Origin: Tubiluchus corallicola
Lineage: Eukaryota > Animalia > Priapulida
Direction of reading: 5' to 3'
Length of the DNA stretch: 64,000 bases
NCBI GenBank assembly: GCA_030141605.1
Contig: JAQGDQ010000851.1
Coordinates: 1-64,000 of the forward strand
Part shown: positions 26,070-39,372 of the stretch, piece after piece
How the letters are laid out: every line of letters begins with the position of its first letter
How positions within the stretch are numbered: position 1 is the stretch's first letter
Program-made: the position numbers and the translations under genes
Notes under the pieces: model-generated
What the model saw: the letters and a program-made list of their open reading frames with translations, nothing else
Databases searched by the model: none
Told to the model about the DNA's origin: nothing

Positions 26070-26695
26070 TTAAAGGACGAGAAAAGGGGCACCTGATTTA
26101 AGTTTCAGAAAAAAACGCCTTAAAATGATATTACTTTATAGCAATTTTATGCGTATATCGTACTCGCGTTGAAAGGAATTTTTGTTTTCATTTTAAATCT
26201 CTCGCAATACTGTTACGACCGCGCCATTACATGACGTCATATACGCACAACGTAATCAGGGAAGAAAAGGAAGCGTTAAATTAGGTCCCATAAAAACTTT
26301 GCGTGCAAATCTATATTACTTAGCATTTCGCTTACTTGTTGGAAAGACTTATTTAATTAGAAATAATAATTTAAAATGCTTGTGTCACTTTGTAAAATGT
26401 CGCTGACTCACCCTATAGGGTGCGCCACTAACTAACCAAATACGTATTTTTAACCTTATTGACAAGATACAGTAATTTAAAATTTTACTTACTTAGTGAC
26501 GTGTGCGCTACGAATGCTCAGATTATTTTTCAAGCGAGCTACCACTAAAAATGGCTGCGTCTAATGTTCATCGCGGGAGTTTACATTTACAAGTTTAATA
26601 CAGCGTTACTGCTGACGCAAGCCCTGCAAGTGGTATAAAATTTCAAGACGAATTTTGTAAGCTTTATGTAAGTGGAGGGTTTTCTTATGCTTTAG
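26070..26695 (+). mobile_element. Kolobok-like MITE family B, near full length
   Basis: TTAAAGGACGAGAAAAGGGG...GGGTTTTCTTATGCTTTAG; colinear with 46615-47273. Confidence 0.85.
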
Positions 26696-27089
26696 AAACA
26701 ATGGCACATTTGAGATAAACTTGTGGTCATATTGTCCGTACGTTTTTTTTCTTTTTACGTTTCTTTTTGCTTTTACCTTCGCGATTAAAGTGACATTTGG
26801 TAAGCTGCAGAAATTAGGTTTTCTTTACCTCATTAGCAGAGAAGAAGTTTTTCCTCTTCTTTATCCGTTTTCTTCAAATTAAGGTAAAATTTCCCGTTCC
26901 AGGCGCATGGCACGGGTCTGGAATTTTAAATGGTTTGGAATGTTTATAGGACACGCGTTGTTTTTATGTTGCTCACGCATCCAGCGTGCTGCTACGTTAA
27001 CAATGACATGGTATTAAATCTTTGTACGAGAACAAAGATTTTTGTAGAGAACCTTATACATTCACTTAGAAAAAGCTTTGAACACATGG

Positions 27090-27745
27090 AAAGGGAAATT
27101 TTATCTCCCAAAAGCTCCCCACTCAAAGTTATTTATATTCATTTGCATTACGCTTCCCTGCTTGAAAGACTAGAAAAGAAATTCTTAGCAATTTAAAATA
27201 TTCCTGTCAACTGGTAAACTGTCGCTGGTTCACCTTCCCAATGTGCACCAGTGGCTCACCTTAAAAAACCCGTTTTTTGATATTATTGACAACGTAAAGT
27301 AATTTAGACGTTTGCTTAGTTAGTGAAATGTGTTAGGAATGATTTAATTATTTTTTTAAACTTTACGCAACGTTATTTAAACTTGTTTCAAAACGACCCA
27401 CCATGAAAACGGCTGCGTTTAACGGAGTTTAAATGGGCGTGCATGGAAACCCACTTGTAAAATGTCACTGACTCATCTTCCCAATGTGCACCAGTGGCTC
27501 ACCTTAAAAAAACCCGTTTTTTACATTATTACCCGTTTCCGAATTGCAGGCACTAGTGCTCGTCTAACTAGCGAATGACGTAATGCATGTAACAGTGAAG
27601 AATAGTGGCGGAAACCTTGAAATTACGTTTGTGTGGTAATAATTCTTTCACGTAAGTTTTTTTTTGAAAAAACAGTATGTTTCTTTTCAATATTTTAAAG
27701 AGCAGATTGTTTTGACCTACATTTTAAAATTGGGTTTTACTTTAA
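27090..27745 (+). mobile_element. Composite of family B fragments (with internal duplication) and a family A right end
   Basis: CCTTCCCAATGTGCACCAGTGGCTCACCTTAAAAAA twice (~27233, ~27476), then family A right arm ending TTACTTTAA. Confidence 0.65.
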
Positions 27746-28444
27746 GTTAATAACAAAATAAATCAAGTAACAAGATCCAACTTTTATCTGACATTAAGGT
27801 ATTCAAAAAGCAAAAATTACATTTTAGCAAATCTTTTGAAAGTATCAAAATAAATCGTTCTTCATATAATATGGAAGGGTAACATATTCGAAAGCCCCCC
27901 CCCCCCCGAGTAACAAAATGAACACTTACCACGCTCAAGTTTAACAACATTTACATATAGCTGATTAGATAACTGTGACCTTGTGACATCGGGACTTTTC
28001 GTAAGCGCGTCGTGGCTTTCCGTAAGCGCGCGCTGCATAAACTAATTCAAAAATCCTGTATTTGCCTAATGTTCTAAACGTTCTAAAATTATAAGTATGT
28101 TGTAGTATCATAAAATTAGCTATGTTACCGGAGACATTACGTAATTCTCAAAAACCGCGTGAACGAAAAGTCACATTGATAGTGACACTCTCAGCAATAT
28201 GATCTCACCTAGGAAGGTGGATATCGTACAAAAATATTCTTGGGATATTCTTTGTCGTGTAGCCTCGAGGCCTGTCAACTGCAGTTCAAAGTTTGGTGCA
28301 ATCAGGAAAACACAAGAAATCTTCATTTACCATTGCTACTTTCATTTTGATAATGTCTGAGCCTTTAGTGAAAAAAATTATCGTATCATAAATGCCAGAA
28401 CGTCCTCTCTTTTGCTTCTGTCTGATCACATTTTATGGGAATTA

Positions 28445-28565
28445 GATGACTTATTATTACTACTCGTAATATTATTTTTAAAAAACTACGTACAGAATAC
28501 ATTCCCTCTATTTGTAGGGATATGTTTAAAATTTCTAAAAGCATTTACAACGTGCTAAACATATA
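28445..28565 (-). mobile_element. LINE 3' tail (hairpin-tail family)
   Basis: Plus strand CCCTCTATTTGTAGGG preceded by (TTA)n; near-identical to 41350-41460. Confidence 0.7.
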
Positions 28566-28635
28566 TATATATAGAGAGAGAGATTGCAACGTTTACTAGA
28601 TTAAAAGAAACTTCATTTGCTTGATCTATCCCTCT

Positions 28636-29057
28636 CAGGGACGTATTAACCAATAGGCTAACTAGGCTGTAACCTAGGGCGTCAAAGTTTGAGGGGCGTC
28701 ACATTTTAGGAAAAATTCTTATTCTCGGAAAATGTGTATACTTCATATTCATGTAAAGGACGTATTTTATAACACACCACAAGCAGTTACTGAGAGCAAC
28801 CTTTATATAAGTGCCACATAATGAACAAGTACAAGGTATTACACAACAAACAGTTGCGCAGACTGCTTGAATATGAGCGCTCTGCAAATATATGTAATTA
28901 ATAATTACCACGTAGAAACTAGGTTAATGGTGTTTCTAATACACCACAAGTAATTGTTTAATCTGATTCTTACATAATCAACCACGAATTCACAATAGAG
29001 ATGGGGGCGGAATGGAACTATCAACCTTGGGTGTCGTAAAGTCTTGATACGCCCCTG
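28636..29057. mobile_element. hAT-like MITE family E (422 bp), inverted relative to 14293-14707
   Basis: TIR CAGGGACGTATT/GATACGCCCCTG; decayed 8-bp TSD ATCCCTCT/ATACCTCG. Confidence 0.8.
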
Positions 29058-29286
29058 ATACCTCGTGATAGATTCTCTAAAGAAATATTGCTTCAAAAGT
29101 TTGCTAAATCTTTCACAACCATTTTCCTAAAAAAGGAAAACTAAAGACGGACACGTCCTTCAAGCATGTTGCTAGAAAACTTCACGCAAATTGCAATAAT
29201 CATAAAGAAATAGTTTAAAAAAGCTTTACATGCAGTAAAGGACCTAATGCCAAGATGATACTAGTATGATAGTAGATTTCTGTATT

Positions 29287-30172
29287 GAACTTTACAGGCC
29301 CTTGTTCGTTTGTCAAAGATCATTTTGGGGTCATAATTGTTGTGGTGATCGTTATTTTTGTCACGCTCTAATTAAAGGTGTGATTTTTCAAGTTAGAGAA
29401 CTTCACAGGCTTTTGTTCGTTTGTCAAAGATCAATTTAGTATCATAATTATAGTGGTGATCGTTATTTTTATCACACTCCAATTAAAAGTGTGATTTTTC
29501 AAGTTAGAGAACTTCACAGGCTTTTGTTCGTTTGTCAAAGATCAATTTAATATCATAATTATAGTGGTGATCGTTATTTTTATCACACTCCAATTAAAAG
29601 TGTGATTTTTCAAGTTAGAGAACTTCACAGGCTTTTGTTCGTTTGTCAAAGATCAATTTAGTATCATAATTATTGTGGTGATCGTTATTTTTATCACACT
29701 CCAATTAAAAGTGTGATTTTTCAAGTTAGAGATCTTCACAGGCTTTTGTTCGTTTGTCAAAGATCAATTTAGTATCATAATTATTGTGGTGATCGTTATT
29801 TTTATCACACTCCAATTAAAAGTGTGATTTTTCAAGTTAGAGATCTTCACAGGCTTTTGTTCGTTTGTCAAAGATCAATTTAGTATCATAATTATAGTGG
29901 TGATCGTTATTTTTATCACACTCCAATTAAAAGTGTGATTTTTCAAGTTAGAGATCTTCACAGGCTTTTGTTCGTTTGTCAAAGATCATTTTGGGATCAT
30001 AATTATTGTGGTGATCGTTATTTTTATCACACTCCAATTAAAAGTGTGATTTTTCAAGTTAGAGAACTTCACAGGCTTTTGTTCGTTTGTCAAAGATCAA
30101 TTTAGTATCATAATTATTGTGGTGATCGTTATTTTTATCACACTCCAATTAAAAGTGTGATTTTTCAAGTTA
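29287..30172. repeat. 111-bp satellite (~8 units) with an internal 8-bp hairpin
   Basis: CTTCACAGGCTTTTG at 29401, 29512 and 29623; ATCACACT-N9-AGTGTGAT in the conserved units. Confidence 0.97.
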
Positions 30173-31112
30173 GCACTTAAAAAGAGAAACAAGCTTGCAA
30201 AAACTGTCAACGAAGACGTCTTTGAAATGGATTTCTCAAGAACACGTGTTAAGGCTTCTCGAAGACGAAAAGAAAAACGTGTTAACTGGTACACCGTGTC
30301 GAAAGAGTTATTACATGCAAAGAGAAGCTGTTGGCAGCTAGCAGAACATCATCAATCTATCACATTATTTTACAATTTTTCTACCGCGCTTTGTCGGGCG
30401 AACGCTGCCATATAAAAAATAATTTGCGTATCGCGTTCCGCGTTCGTTTATGTGAAGAATCGCGTTGTTGACGTCACGTCCTGTTGCGAAGCCTGTGTGA
30501 GAGGGCCTGGTCGGATTGGCGTGTAACCTTACCGAGGCGCTCTCGCCCACAAAAACTATTAATGATTCTGCACTCGAAGTACATTAATAACGGCATGACA
30601 ACTTGCTGCGACTGTTGTAAATGGAAAAACTAAGTTTCATTCCAGAGCCCGAGGGCAGTCCTACAAACAACCCGAGATGCAGAGATTGTCTCGAACCACC
30701 AGGGAATGATGGAATGCCTGTCTGCCGTCGCGTCTGCAAAACGTAGTAATAATTACACCAAGGAGGACTGCTGTTTCCTTTCAAAAATCGGGTCGCGTTA
30801 TCCTAGATGTACTTTCACCGGTGTTTCCGCTTGCATTAATGTTATACTTTAGCCTCCCCTTCTTGCTCTGCTTAGCCGCATACTTTGATGAGAGGGTCTT
30901 GAACATATGAGACTGGATGGGCGATGTTGATGTGCCTAGAGTTTGATTTATAGCAAGAAAAAGTTCATTTACGTCGGGGGAAAAATTATTAGCTGCCAAA
31001 TGACAATTAATTTGAGATGATTTTAACCTGTGAGTGACCCCTGAGTGACTCATCAAGAGCAGGTCGTCAAGAGTTTGGTGTAAGTGCAGAAAGTGGAGTG
31101 TGTTGGAACGAG

Positions 31113-32183
31113 ACGTACGTGAAAGATACGTGGAGTGGAAAGTGACCAAGGGACACGAGTAATAATACAAGACATACGTGGAGTGGAAAGTGACCAAGAG
31201 AGACGAGTAATAAAACAAGACATACGTGGAGTGGAAAGTGACCAAGGGACACGAGGAATAAAACAAGACATACGTGGAGTGAAAAGTGACCAAGGGACAC
31301 GAGTAATAAAACAAGACATACATGGAAGATACGTGGAGTGGAAAGTGACCAAGAGAGACGAGTAATAAAACAAGACATACGTGGAGTGGAAAGTGACAAA
31401 GTGACACGAGGAATAAAGCAAGACATACGTAGAGTGGAAAGTGACAAAGTGACACGAGTAATAAAACAAGACATACGTGGAAGATACGTGGAGTGAAAAG
31501 TGACAAAGTGACACGAGTAATAAAACAAGACATACGTGGAAGATACGTGGAGTGGAAAGTGACAAAGTGACACGAGGCATAAAACAAGACATACGTGGAG
31601 TGAAAAGTGACAAAGTGACACGAGTAATAAAACAAGACATACGTGGAAGATACGTGGAGTGAAAAGTGACAAAGTGACACGAGTAATAAAACAAGACATA
31701 CGTGGAAGATACGTGGAGTGAAAAGTGACAAAGTGACACGAGGAATGAAACAAGACATACGTGGAGTGGAAAGTGACCAAGTGACACGAGGAGTAAAACA
31801 AGACATACGTGGAGTGGAAAGTGACCAAGGGACACGAGGAATAAAACAAGACATACGTGGAGTGCAAAGTGACCAAGAGACACGAGGAATAAAACAAGAC
31901 ATACGTGGAGTGGAAAGTGACCAAGGGACACGAGGAATAAAACAAGACATACGTGGAGTGGAAAGTGACCAGGGGACACGAGGAATAAAACAAGACATAC
32001 GTGGAGTGGAAAGTGACCAAGGGACACGAGGAATAAAACACAACATACGTGGAAGATACGTGGAGTGGAAAGTGACAAAGTGACACGAGGAATAAAACAA
32101 AACATACGTGGAAGATACGTGGAGTGGAAAGTGACAAAGTGACACGAGGAATGAAACAAAACATACGTGGAAGATACGTGGAA
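31113..32183. repeat. 48/59-bp minisatellite (~20 units)
   Basis: GACATACGTGGAGTGGAAAGTGACCAAGGGACACGAGGAATAAAACAA with an optional 11-bp GAAGATACGTG insert. Confidence 0.95.
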
Positions 32184-33584
32184 TGCAAAAGTAACCAGAG
32201 GAGCTGAAGAATCAGCAAATCTGGCAGTTCACGTTCACAAGCTGACACGAGTGCTGTTTCTGGGCTTTTCCTCCTGGTGCTGAAATTCTAGCGTACTTCC
32301 AGTACCTGGCAGACTTTGCAAACCTACTTTGTCGTTTTCGACCGTGGAAAGTTCGCAGAAAGTTCGGAGAAGGTGCACATGTGTGGTACGTGATGCCATG
32401 GCGATACATTGAAAAGAGAGAGAGAGAGCAATGAGACCATAATTTACACCCGACCTCAGGCAGTCAAAACATTCGTGTTTGCAATCAATCTGAACTTTAA
32501 AGAAGACACGGTCATTTTGATGTGAACAGCACAGTTGGTCCTAATCACTTGCCCTTCCTTCTGGCTTATTTTCGCTGTTGGAGGATTTTCGGCTCATTTC
32601 ATTAGTGTTTTCCTACAATAAACCTCGGCTGTGGTAGCGTACAGGGGCCATTAGCCTCTTTTCACTGGAAGCCGTTAACTGCTTAAGAAAATACTCCTCA
32701 ACTGACTTTTGAAATTTAATTGGAGTTACGGGGAATGGATCCGACTGATTTTATATATGAACTGCGACGTCTGAAGGTGACAGTGAGACTCCACTGATCT
32801 TGTTGATTCAAATCTGTGTCATACTGTCCTATATCAAACCAGAACTCATCCTGCTGGCCCAGTTTGAATAATGGCGAAGTTTTCTGTAATACAGTACTGC
32901 ACAATTTGGCTACATTTTTTGTGGCAAAGATGGCATTCTTGCGTGGTGTTATTTTGAGCGGGAGCAAGTCTGCACCTAGTGAAATGTGCTGTCATCATCT
33001 CGGTTGAGTTTGCGCGCAAATTGAACGAACTGATACTTACAGGGTTAAAACACGTGTTTTTCTGCTGTGTTTGAAACAAACAAAGATTTGTTAAGTGTTG
33101 TCTGCCTGGGCGTTTGAAACCCTGGGTTAATCGCATACTTGAGTACGTGACTGCATACGACGAAGCTTGACTCACTTCAAGGTTCAGAACATAACCTCCT
33201 GATGAAGTTTACTGGTTTTACGTGGTGTAATTCTGCTGTCTTTTTGAATAGGGAGAACGAAGCTCTCGACAGACTCGAGACGAGGTATTTTTTTTATTTC
33301 AAAAACTTTTAGTGAGTGCAACAAATATAAACACTTGCACCTGTTCCGTCGTAAGAGAGGCCGTTTTCGCTTTGTCTTTGGCATTTTTTGACCCGAACAA
33401 ACCATCTGGTGCTCTAAGTTCGAACCACTTTGTCACATAATTCGAATTGATATTTTTTGCCTCTACGAAGCTCGTTTGTGTCAGCTTTTACTTTTGACCA
33501 AGCAATATCGAGCCAACATCTGGATTGACCCGTTTTTGAAAGCAGTAATAGTGCATTAGTGTGAAACCTTTGCTTGAAAAAAAG

Positions 33585-34120
33585 GGGAACCCTTCTGGGG
33601 AGTTACGCTGATTGGATTACTCTAGAAAAATCTTAGAAAAATTTTGTAATGAAAGTGTGATAAGTACCTCGTGTGATTAGTAAAATCACTTTAAAGTCGC
33701 TATCATTTCACGCTTGGGTGCTCCCATTTTGAACGTCCATTCGTCCACCAGTGACGTCATTCATCGGCTCAAGAAAACTGTCAATTTCGATCAAATGTAT
33801 GAGTTTTTACAAAAAATTAGATAACTGTTTTTGCATGAACATTTGGTAACCTGCAGAAGTTTGAAATAATTTAAGCTGCGCGCTCACTTATGGAAAGGCA
33901 CGATGTGCTTACGAAGAGTCACTAGCTCCACCACTTACGTCACAATTCTCAAGTGAATGACGGCTACCAGCGTGCCTGAAAATTTATATGCAGCAGTAGT
34001 GTAAATTAACATTAAGTTTATGCTTTATAGACAGTCTTTTGCAAATTTCCTTGTCATATTTTGTTAGTTTAAATGCTCACAATAGAATAAACTCAACATG
34101 CTAATTGATTTGACCATTTA
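33585..34120 (+). mobile_element. Kolobok-like MITE family C, diverged copy
   Basis: AACCCTTCTGGG...ATTAGTAAAATCACTTTAAAGTCG...CCACCAGTGACGTCATTC shared with 40542-41200. Confidence 0.75.
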
Positions 34121-35557
34121 GAAGCAAGAACTGGCGTTACTGTTGCAATTTCGTGTTGCTGGCATTGAATGTCAGTCGAACTTTTTTGTTTGTTAGTGGA
34201 ACGCATCAATAATTGTTTGAATAACCAGAGATGGATTTGACTACCGGAAGTTACACTTGTTAATAATAGCCGTGTGACTCTGATTCACTTGGGTTCTTTA
34301 ACGTTTGAACATGCTGAATTTTCTGATTCAGAACTTCTTCCACTAAGTCTCCTTTGCCTGGTAACGCATTGGCCTATTTAAGGCTGTTTCACACATACCG
34401 TTTCTCGGTCCGAAAAATCGGTGTATCTTGTTCAATGAATAGATTTGGGTCTGCCTGCGAGAATGCAAGCCGACTAAACTTTGTAGTGAGGTTCATTCAT
34501 TTTAAGTTTATTTAGCACATACGAACAGGGCTTATGAGAGGGGAGTCCAGGGTATTCTGTTCCGGGCCCAGGAGCTAAGAAGCACCCCACAGCAATCAAT
34601 CAAATTCAAAATTATAAGAAAAAAATACGCAGTGTTTAAAACTACAAAGCGTCAGTTAGAAAAGCAGCAGTTGCCACATCAATAAATCGTACCGTCTCCT
34701 AAATATTTGACTATAAAATCGTACGTCAGTTTGGTGGCATATATGATTTACTATGTAATGTGCAGACGCAATCATTCTTGTTCTTAAACTATGCGGAATA
34801 ACTTTGTGGCTTGGTTCGGGGTGCCGAACCACGAAAGCCAGAAACACTTCAACTTCCACTCCATAAAGCTATTACGTTTATATGGCCGGGTATTATAAAA
34901 CCATTTCATTGCTTCGGGGCCCGCTCGTAATAGTCGAATTCTGATTATAAACGGATCTTTAGTCAATTATTACTGACGAGAATATGGCTGGAGTTGGGTT
35001 CAAGTTGTAATTTCGTTTAGTGTCACGCATCGTGGAGCATGCGCAATCGTTATTCGTGTTTAACTTTGAGGGGGGGGGGGAGTTGGAGATTTAGAGAGCT
35101 ATTGGCATACAAGATCGTGACTAATGAATTTTTAAGGATAACTAAAGATTTTACTGCCCGAAATTTAGATTTACGAGAAATCCCCCAAGCACTCATTAAA
35201 TATAGTATTTAAATATAGTTTCTTATAATTTTGAATTTGATTGATCTGTTTATTTCAACTAAAAGCCATGTACAAATATATACACACATATATATTAAAA
35301 TTTAAACTATAGTGCACAATGTTAAAAATCTATCGCTAAAAAATAACAAAATTAGATATTAGGGTTAAAAATACGTACAAAGTAAAAGATATCATATATA
35401 ATTGTATTATATAATTGAACCGGATAAACGTACCTGTGATTATTGCAACGCGAAGTTTCACCTGCGTCGTACGTCAGGTACATTAATAAAACCATTAATA
35501 ATAAATTATTACTTTTTTCCTTTCATTCTTCACCAGATACTATAAACATTTTTTCCT

Positions 35558-36172
35558 TTTGTATATATTTGTATACGTTGTATATTTTTGTATACGTTGT
35601 ATGTATTTGTATACGTTGTATATTTTGTATGCGTTGTATATATTTGTATACGTTGTATATTTTTGTATGCGTTGTATATATTTGTATACGTTGTATATTT
35701 TGTATACGTTGTATATATTTGTATACGTTGTATATTTTGTATACGTTGTATATATTTGTATACGTTGTATATTTTGTATACGTTATATATATTTGTATAC
35801 GTTGTATATTTTTGTATACGTTGTATATATTTGTATACGTTGTATATATTTGTATACGTTGTATATTTTTGTATACGTTGTGTGTATTTGTATACGTTGT
35901 ATATTTTTGTATACGTTGTATATATTTGTATACGTTGTATATTTTTGTATACGTTTATATATTTGTATACGTTGTATATTTTTGTATACGTTGTATATAT
36001 TTGTATACGTTGTATATATTTGTATGCGTCGTATGTATTTGTATACATTGTATATTTTGTATGCGTCGTATATATTTGTATATGTTGTATATTTTGTATG
36101 CGTTGTATATATTTGTATACGTTGTATATTTTGTATACGTTGTATATTTTTGTATACGTTGTATATATTTGT
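35558..36172. repeat. 18-19-bp minisatellite (TTGTATACGTTGTATATAT)n
   Basis: Unit starts at 35831 and 35850; source of the YTLYIFVY ORFs. Confidence 0.95.
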
Positions 36173-37335
36173 AAAAGTAATATTGATAATTATATATTAG
36201 CAATATGGAAATGTAAGTATCTCAACAGGTATCTCCTGTGGGGCATCTCCAGTTTATCCACATTCATTAAGTACACCTCCCTTGAATATTCCAGTACAGA
36301 GGAGGGATAACAGAAAACTTGAGGATTTAGCCTGCACATTTCTAACAGGTCAAGGCAATTTTAATGAATTTCTGTTCAATATTTGGTCATGCAGACAATA
36401 ATATGTGCCAGTGTTTAGAGCGGAGGCAAACCCCACGTTATCTGTTGTTTGAACGCAAATTCGTAAGTCGCATTAAAAGTGAAAACTTTGCAAGCGTTTT
36501 ACAGCACCAGGTTGTTAATTATATGTTAACTTGTCGTGATAATCTGATTTTAATTAACTTTGCCAATATCTTGCTTGATAATTTTATTTTGTCACCAACC
36601 TAACGGGATTAATTAATTAACTTTAGAAAATTGTTATCAATGTCTGTTAAGAAGGTAGTGGTAATACAATGCTAGCATAGGTATTGTATGATGTTAAAGG
36701 AAGACCGGATGATTGTGTAAACATTAGTTCAGAAGAAATAATGCTCTAAAATACTGAAAACTACAAAAGCTTAGATTAAATAATAATTACCTCGGATACT
36801 CAAATTTCGTTAAACTTTTAAAGCTGCGCGCGGCTCAGTGAATCTACTAAGATTGGCAACGGCGCCTTTTTGTCAAGTGCGCGTGGTCGACAAATAAAAG
36901 GCGGTACCGTGATGACTATGATCATCAACTGCAGTGTTAGTTTCTGACGTCATATGACGTAGAGTCCATTTTCGTGACATCACGCGTTTAAACTGTAACA
37001 CTTTTGTAAATGTGCTTGACGCGCAAGGGAAGACGCCTGCCATTGCGCAACTGCGGTTAGTTTATGACGTAAGCAATGGTTGTGTTCGGTTGCCGCAGAT
37101 TAACTTTCTAAGCTAATTATTCAAATATTAGAAACAATTGTTAACTTTTATAGGCAAGAAAATGTAGATTTTGCACAGTAAAATAAAATGAGATTGAGTC
37201 TAAACAATCGTCCGGTTTTCCTTTAAACATGAAATGTAAATACTGTTAACTGTTACAGCCCTGCAAATAGAGGGCGCATGTGTATGTGTTTGTGTTTATA
37301 TGCTCAAAATAAAGAGTTATAATAATAGAAGAATA
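36173..37335 (+). mobile_element. LINE 3' remnant (ORF end, 3'UTR and hairpin tail) interrupted by MITE D
   Basis: KSNIDNYILAIWK...LEDLACTFLTGQGNFNEFLFNI/GHADNNMCQCLERRQTPRYLLFE parallels the 62716-63364 translation; tail CCCTGCAAATAGAGGG...AATAAA...(TAA)n at ~37260. Confidence 0.75.
36694..37226. mobile_element. Kolobok-like MITE family D (TTAA TSD, ~22-bp TIR)
   Basis: TTAA-AGGAAGACCGGATGATTGTGTA ... TAAACAATCGTCCGGTTTTCCT-TTAA. Confidence 0.88.
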
Positions 37336-37822
37336 AAACAAAACTATAATATCACAGCATAACAAACACGACAACACTTTGTAAGATGTATATAGTGGGC
37401 CATAACAAAATCAAAACAAAAAACACAATATATCAAAATAAACGAATGCAACATATCACAAAATTTAAAATAGGTTCTGATTACATGAATATTTAATTTA
37501 AGCCTGACTATGAGCAATTGCTGTTGCTGATAGATAATAGGCAATTCTTATGGTAGTAAATAATTATGAATATATCATTTCGTGTGAAAGGATACACATT
37601 ATGCGTACTTTAATTTATATTTCTACTGTTAAAGTAGTCGAATACATGTTGACAAACAGAGTATGCAATCTCTCCTATTCGAAAACGATACATTCCTCAC
37701 GCAAACGATACATGCAGTATTTCTGTACCGTGCTACAAAATTCCACACGAGGAGGACGCACAGTACCTGACGAAGAATTTTGCTGCGCGTCCAATGTGTG
37801 AAATGCGTCTAACTCGGTAGAT

Positions 37823-38254
37823 CAGTGGTTCCCAAACTTTCTCGGACCGTTACCCAAATCGGGAAACCCGGTCGTGTCCATTACCCCCCACCTAGTACTA
37901 CTTCTCCAACTCAAAAAGTAAACACAGGTATATGCCACAAGCAAGCAAAATTATTTATGTTTGCTCGTGACATAAAGAAATTTCCAGGTGTTGTTGTTGT
38001 ATTGTTGCCAAAACAAGAATTACAATTACTGAACCTGCTCATTACTGAGTGAGCAGGTTCATTCGAGCAATTATTACTTGAACAAACGAAATCAAGAAGA
38101 AATGAATGACAACAACAAAATCTCAGTTAGTGGGACGGATGAGCCTGTTTTTCGGACAGATTTAAAAATTTTCAGAGGGGTGCCCGTTACCCCCCCCCCC
38201 CCCCAAAAAAAACCATATTACCCCCGTAATTTACCCCTACTTTGGGAACCACTG
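37823..38254. mobile_element. hAT (Charlie-type) MITE, 432 bp
   Basis: TIR CAGTGGTTCCCAAA/TTTGGGAACCACTG; perfect 8-bp TSD CGGTAGAT at 37815-37822 and 38255-38262. Confidence 0.93.
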
Positions 38255-38976
38255 CGGTAGATGAACAACACACCCGACAACATAAACTTAAGCATTTTGA
38301 GACGTCATCTCTGTACAGGGCCAAAACCACAAAATAGCAATTAGTACAAAAACAGGCATAAAACTTGACTAACGCGGGTTCTAAAGATAGAGGCAGCGAA
38401 TGTACTTGTTCAGTGTCATATAACAAGGCTTGTTGCAGAAAGAATACAAAATATAATCGGCATACAGCCGCAAGGGAGGAATTTAGCGATATTTTTCTAT
38501 TCGCTGTTTAATTTTTTAATTTAAGCTATCATATAATGCGTACGCAAATCGGTTGTGATTTAACGGGTATAAATGAGGCGGAGATACGGGACACGAGCAC
38601 ACCCGCATTAATCGTACACCGCCCGCATTGAAAACTACCCCTCCTGAACGCTTTGTGTCTATTGTCCGCGTCTGAATGCAATCTACCTTTCATGTTCTAG
38701 CTTCTTGCCTTATCACCTCACTGATTAAGTGTTTGTTGTGTGTTAGCTATAACTGCGCTTATAATCAGCTGCGTATGAAAACATTTGTTGTGTGATAATA
38801 GCGGTTAGTGCTCTTATCTGCTTGTGCATTGTGCTGCGAGCAACTTTAGGACCGCCTATATGGTACAGGTAAACTAATTGACAGACACGCCAGGTGGTAA
38901 AATTCCTGCTGTCGGAGGTATTGAACTTGCTGCCTCGAAATGCGTGCAATTTTTAAAAAGGCAAAATAAAGATTAT

Positions 38977-38992
38977 ACTGCTGCTACTACTA

Positions 38993-39030
<38 letters not shown>

Positions 39031-39040
39031 ACTGCTACTG

Positions 39041-39099
<59 letters not shown>

Positions 39100-39112
39100 G
39101 CTACTGCTACTG

Positions 39113-39144
<32 letters not shown>

Positions 39145-39181
39145 ACTGCTACTGCTACTACTGCTACTGCTACTGCTACTG

Positions 39182-39252
<71 letters not shown>

Positions 39253-39337
39253 GCTGCCGCTGCCGCTGCCGCTGCCGCTGCCGCTACCGCTACCGCTACC
39301 ACTACCACTACCACTACCACTACCACTACTACTACTA
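38977..39337. repeat. Compound (ACT)n/(GCT)n/(GCC,ACC) trinucleotide repeat
   Basis: Direct reading; gives the poly-Thr/Ala ORF. Confidence 0.95.
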
Positions 39338-39372
39338 GAGAAAAATTACTAAGTAGCCAGAGCTTGTAAATT

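Noticed and set aside
30781-32248. 368-454-aa ORFs and the QDIRGVESDQGTRGIK repeat peptide
   Set aside because: All three minus frames are open only because the unit lacks stops; 11-bp inserts break the plus frame repeatedly.
38878-39369. Antifreeze/mucin-like poly-Ala/Thr ORF
   Set aside because: Pure ACT/GCT codon runs with no signal peptide or ATG start; abuts a MITE.
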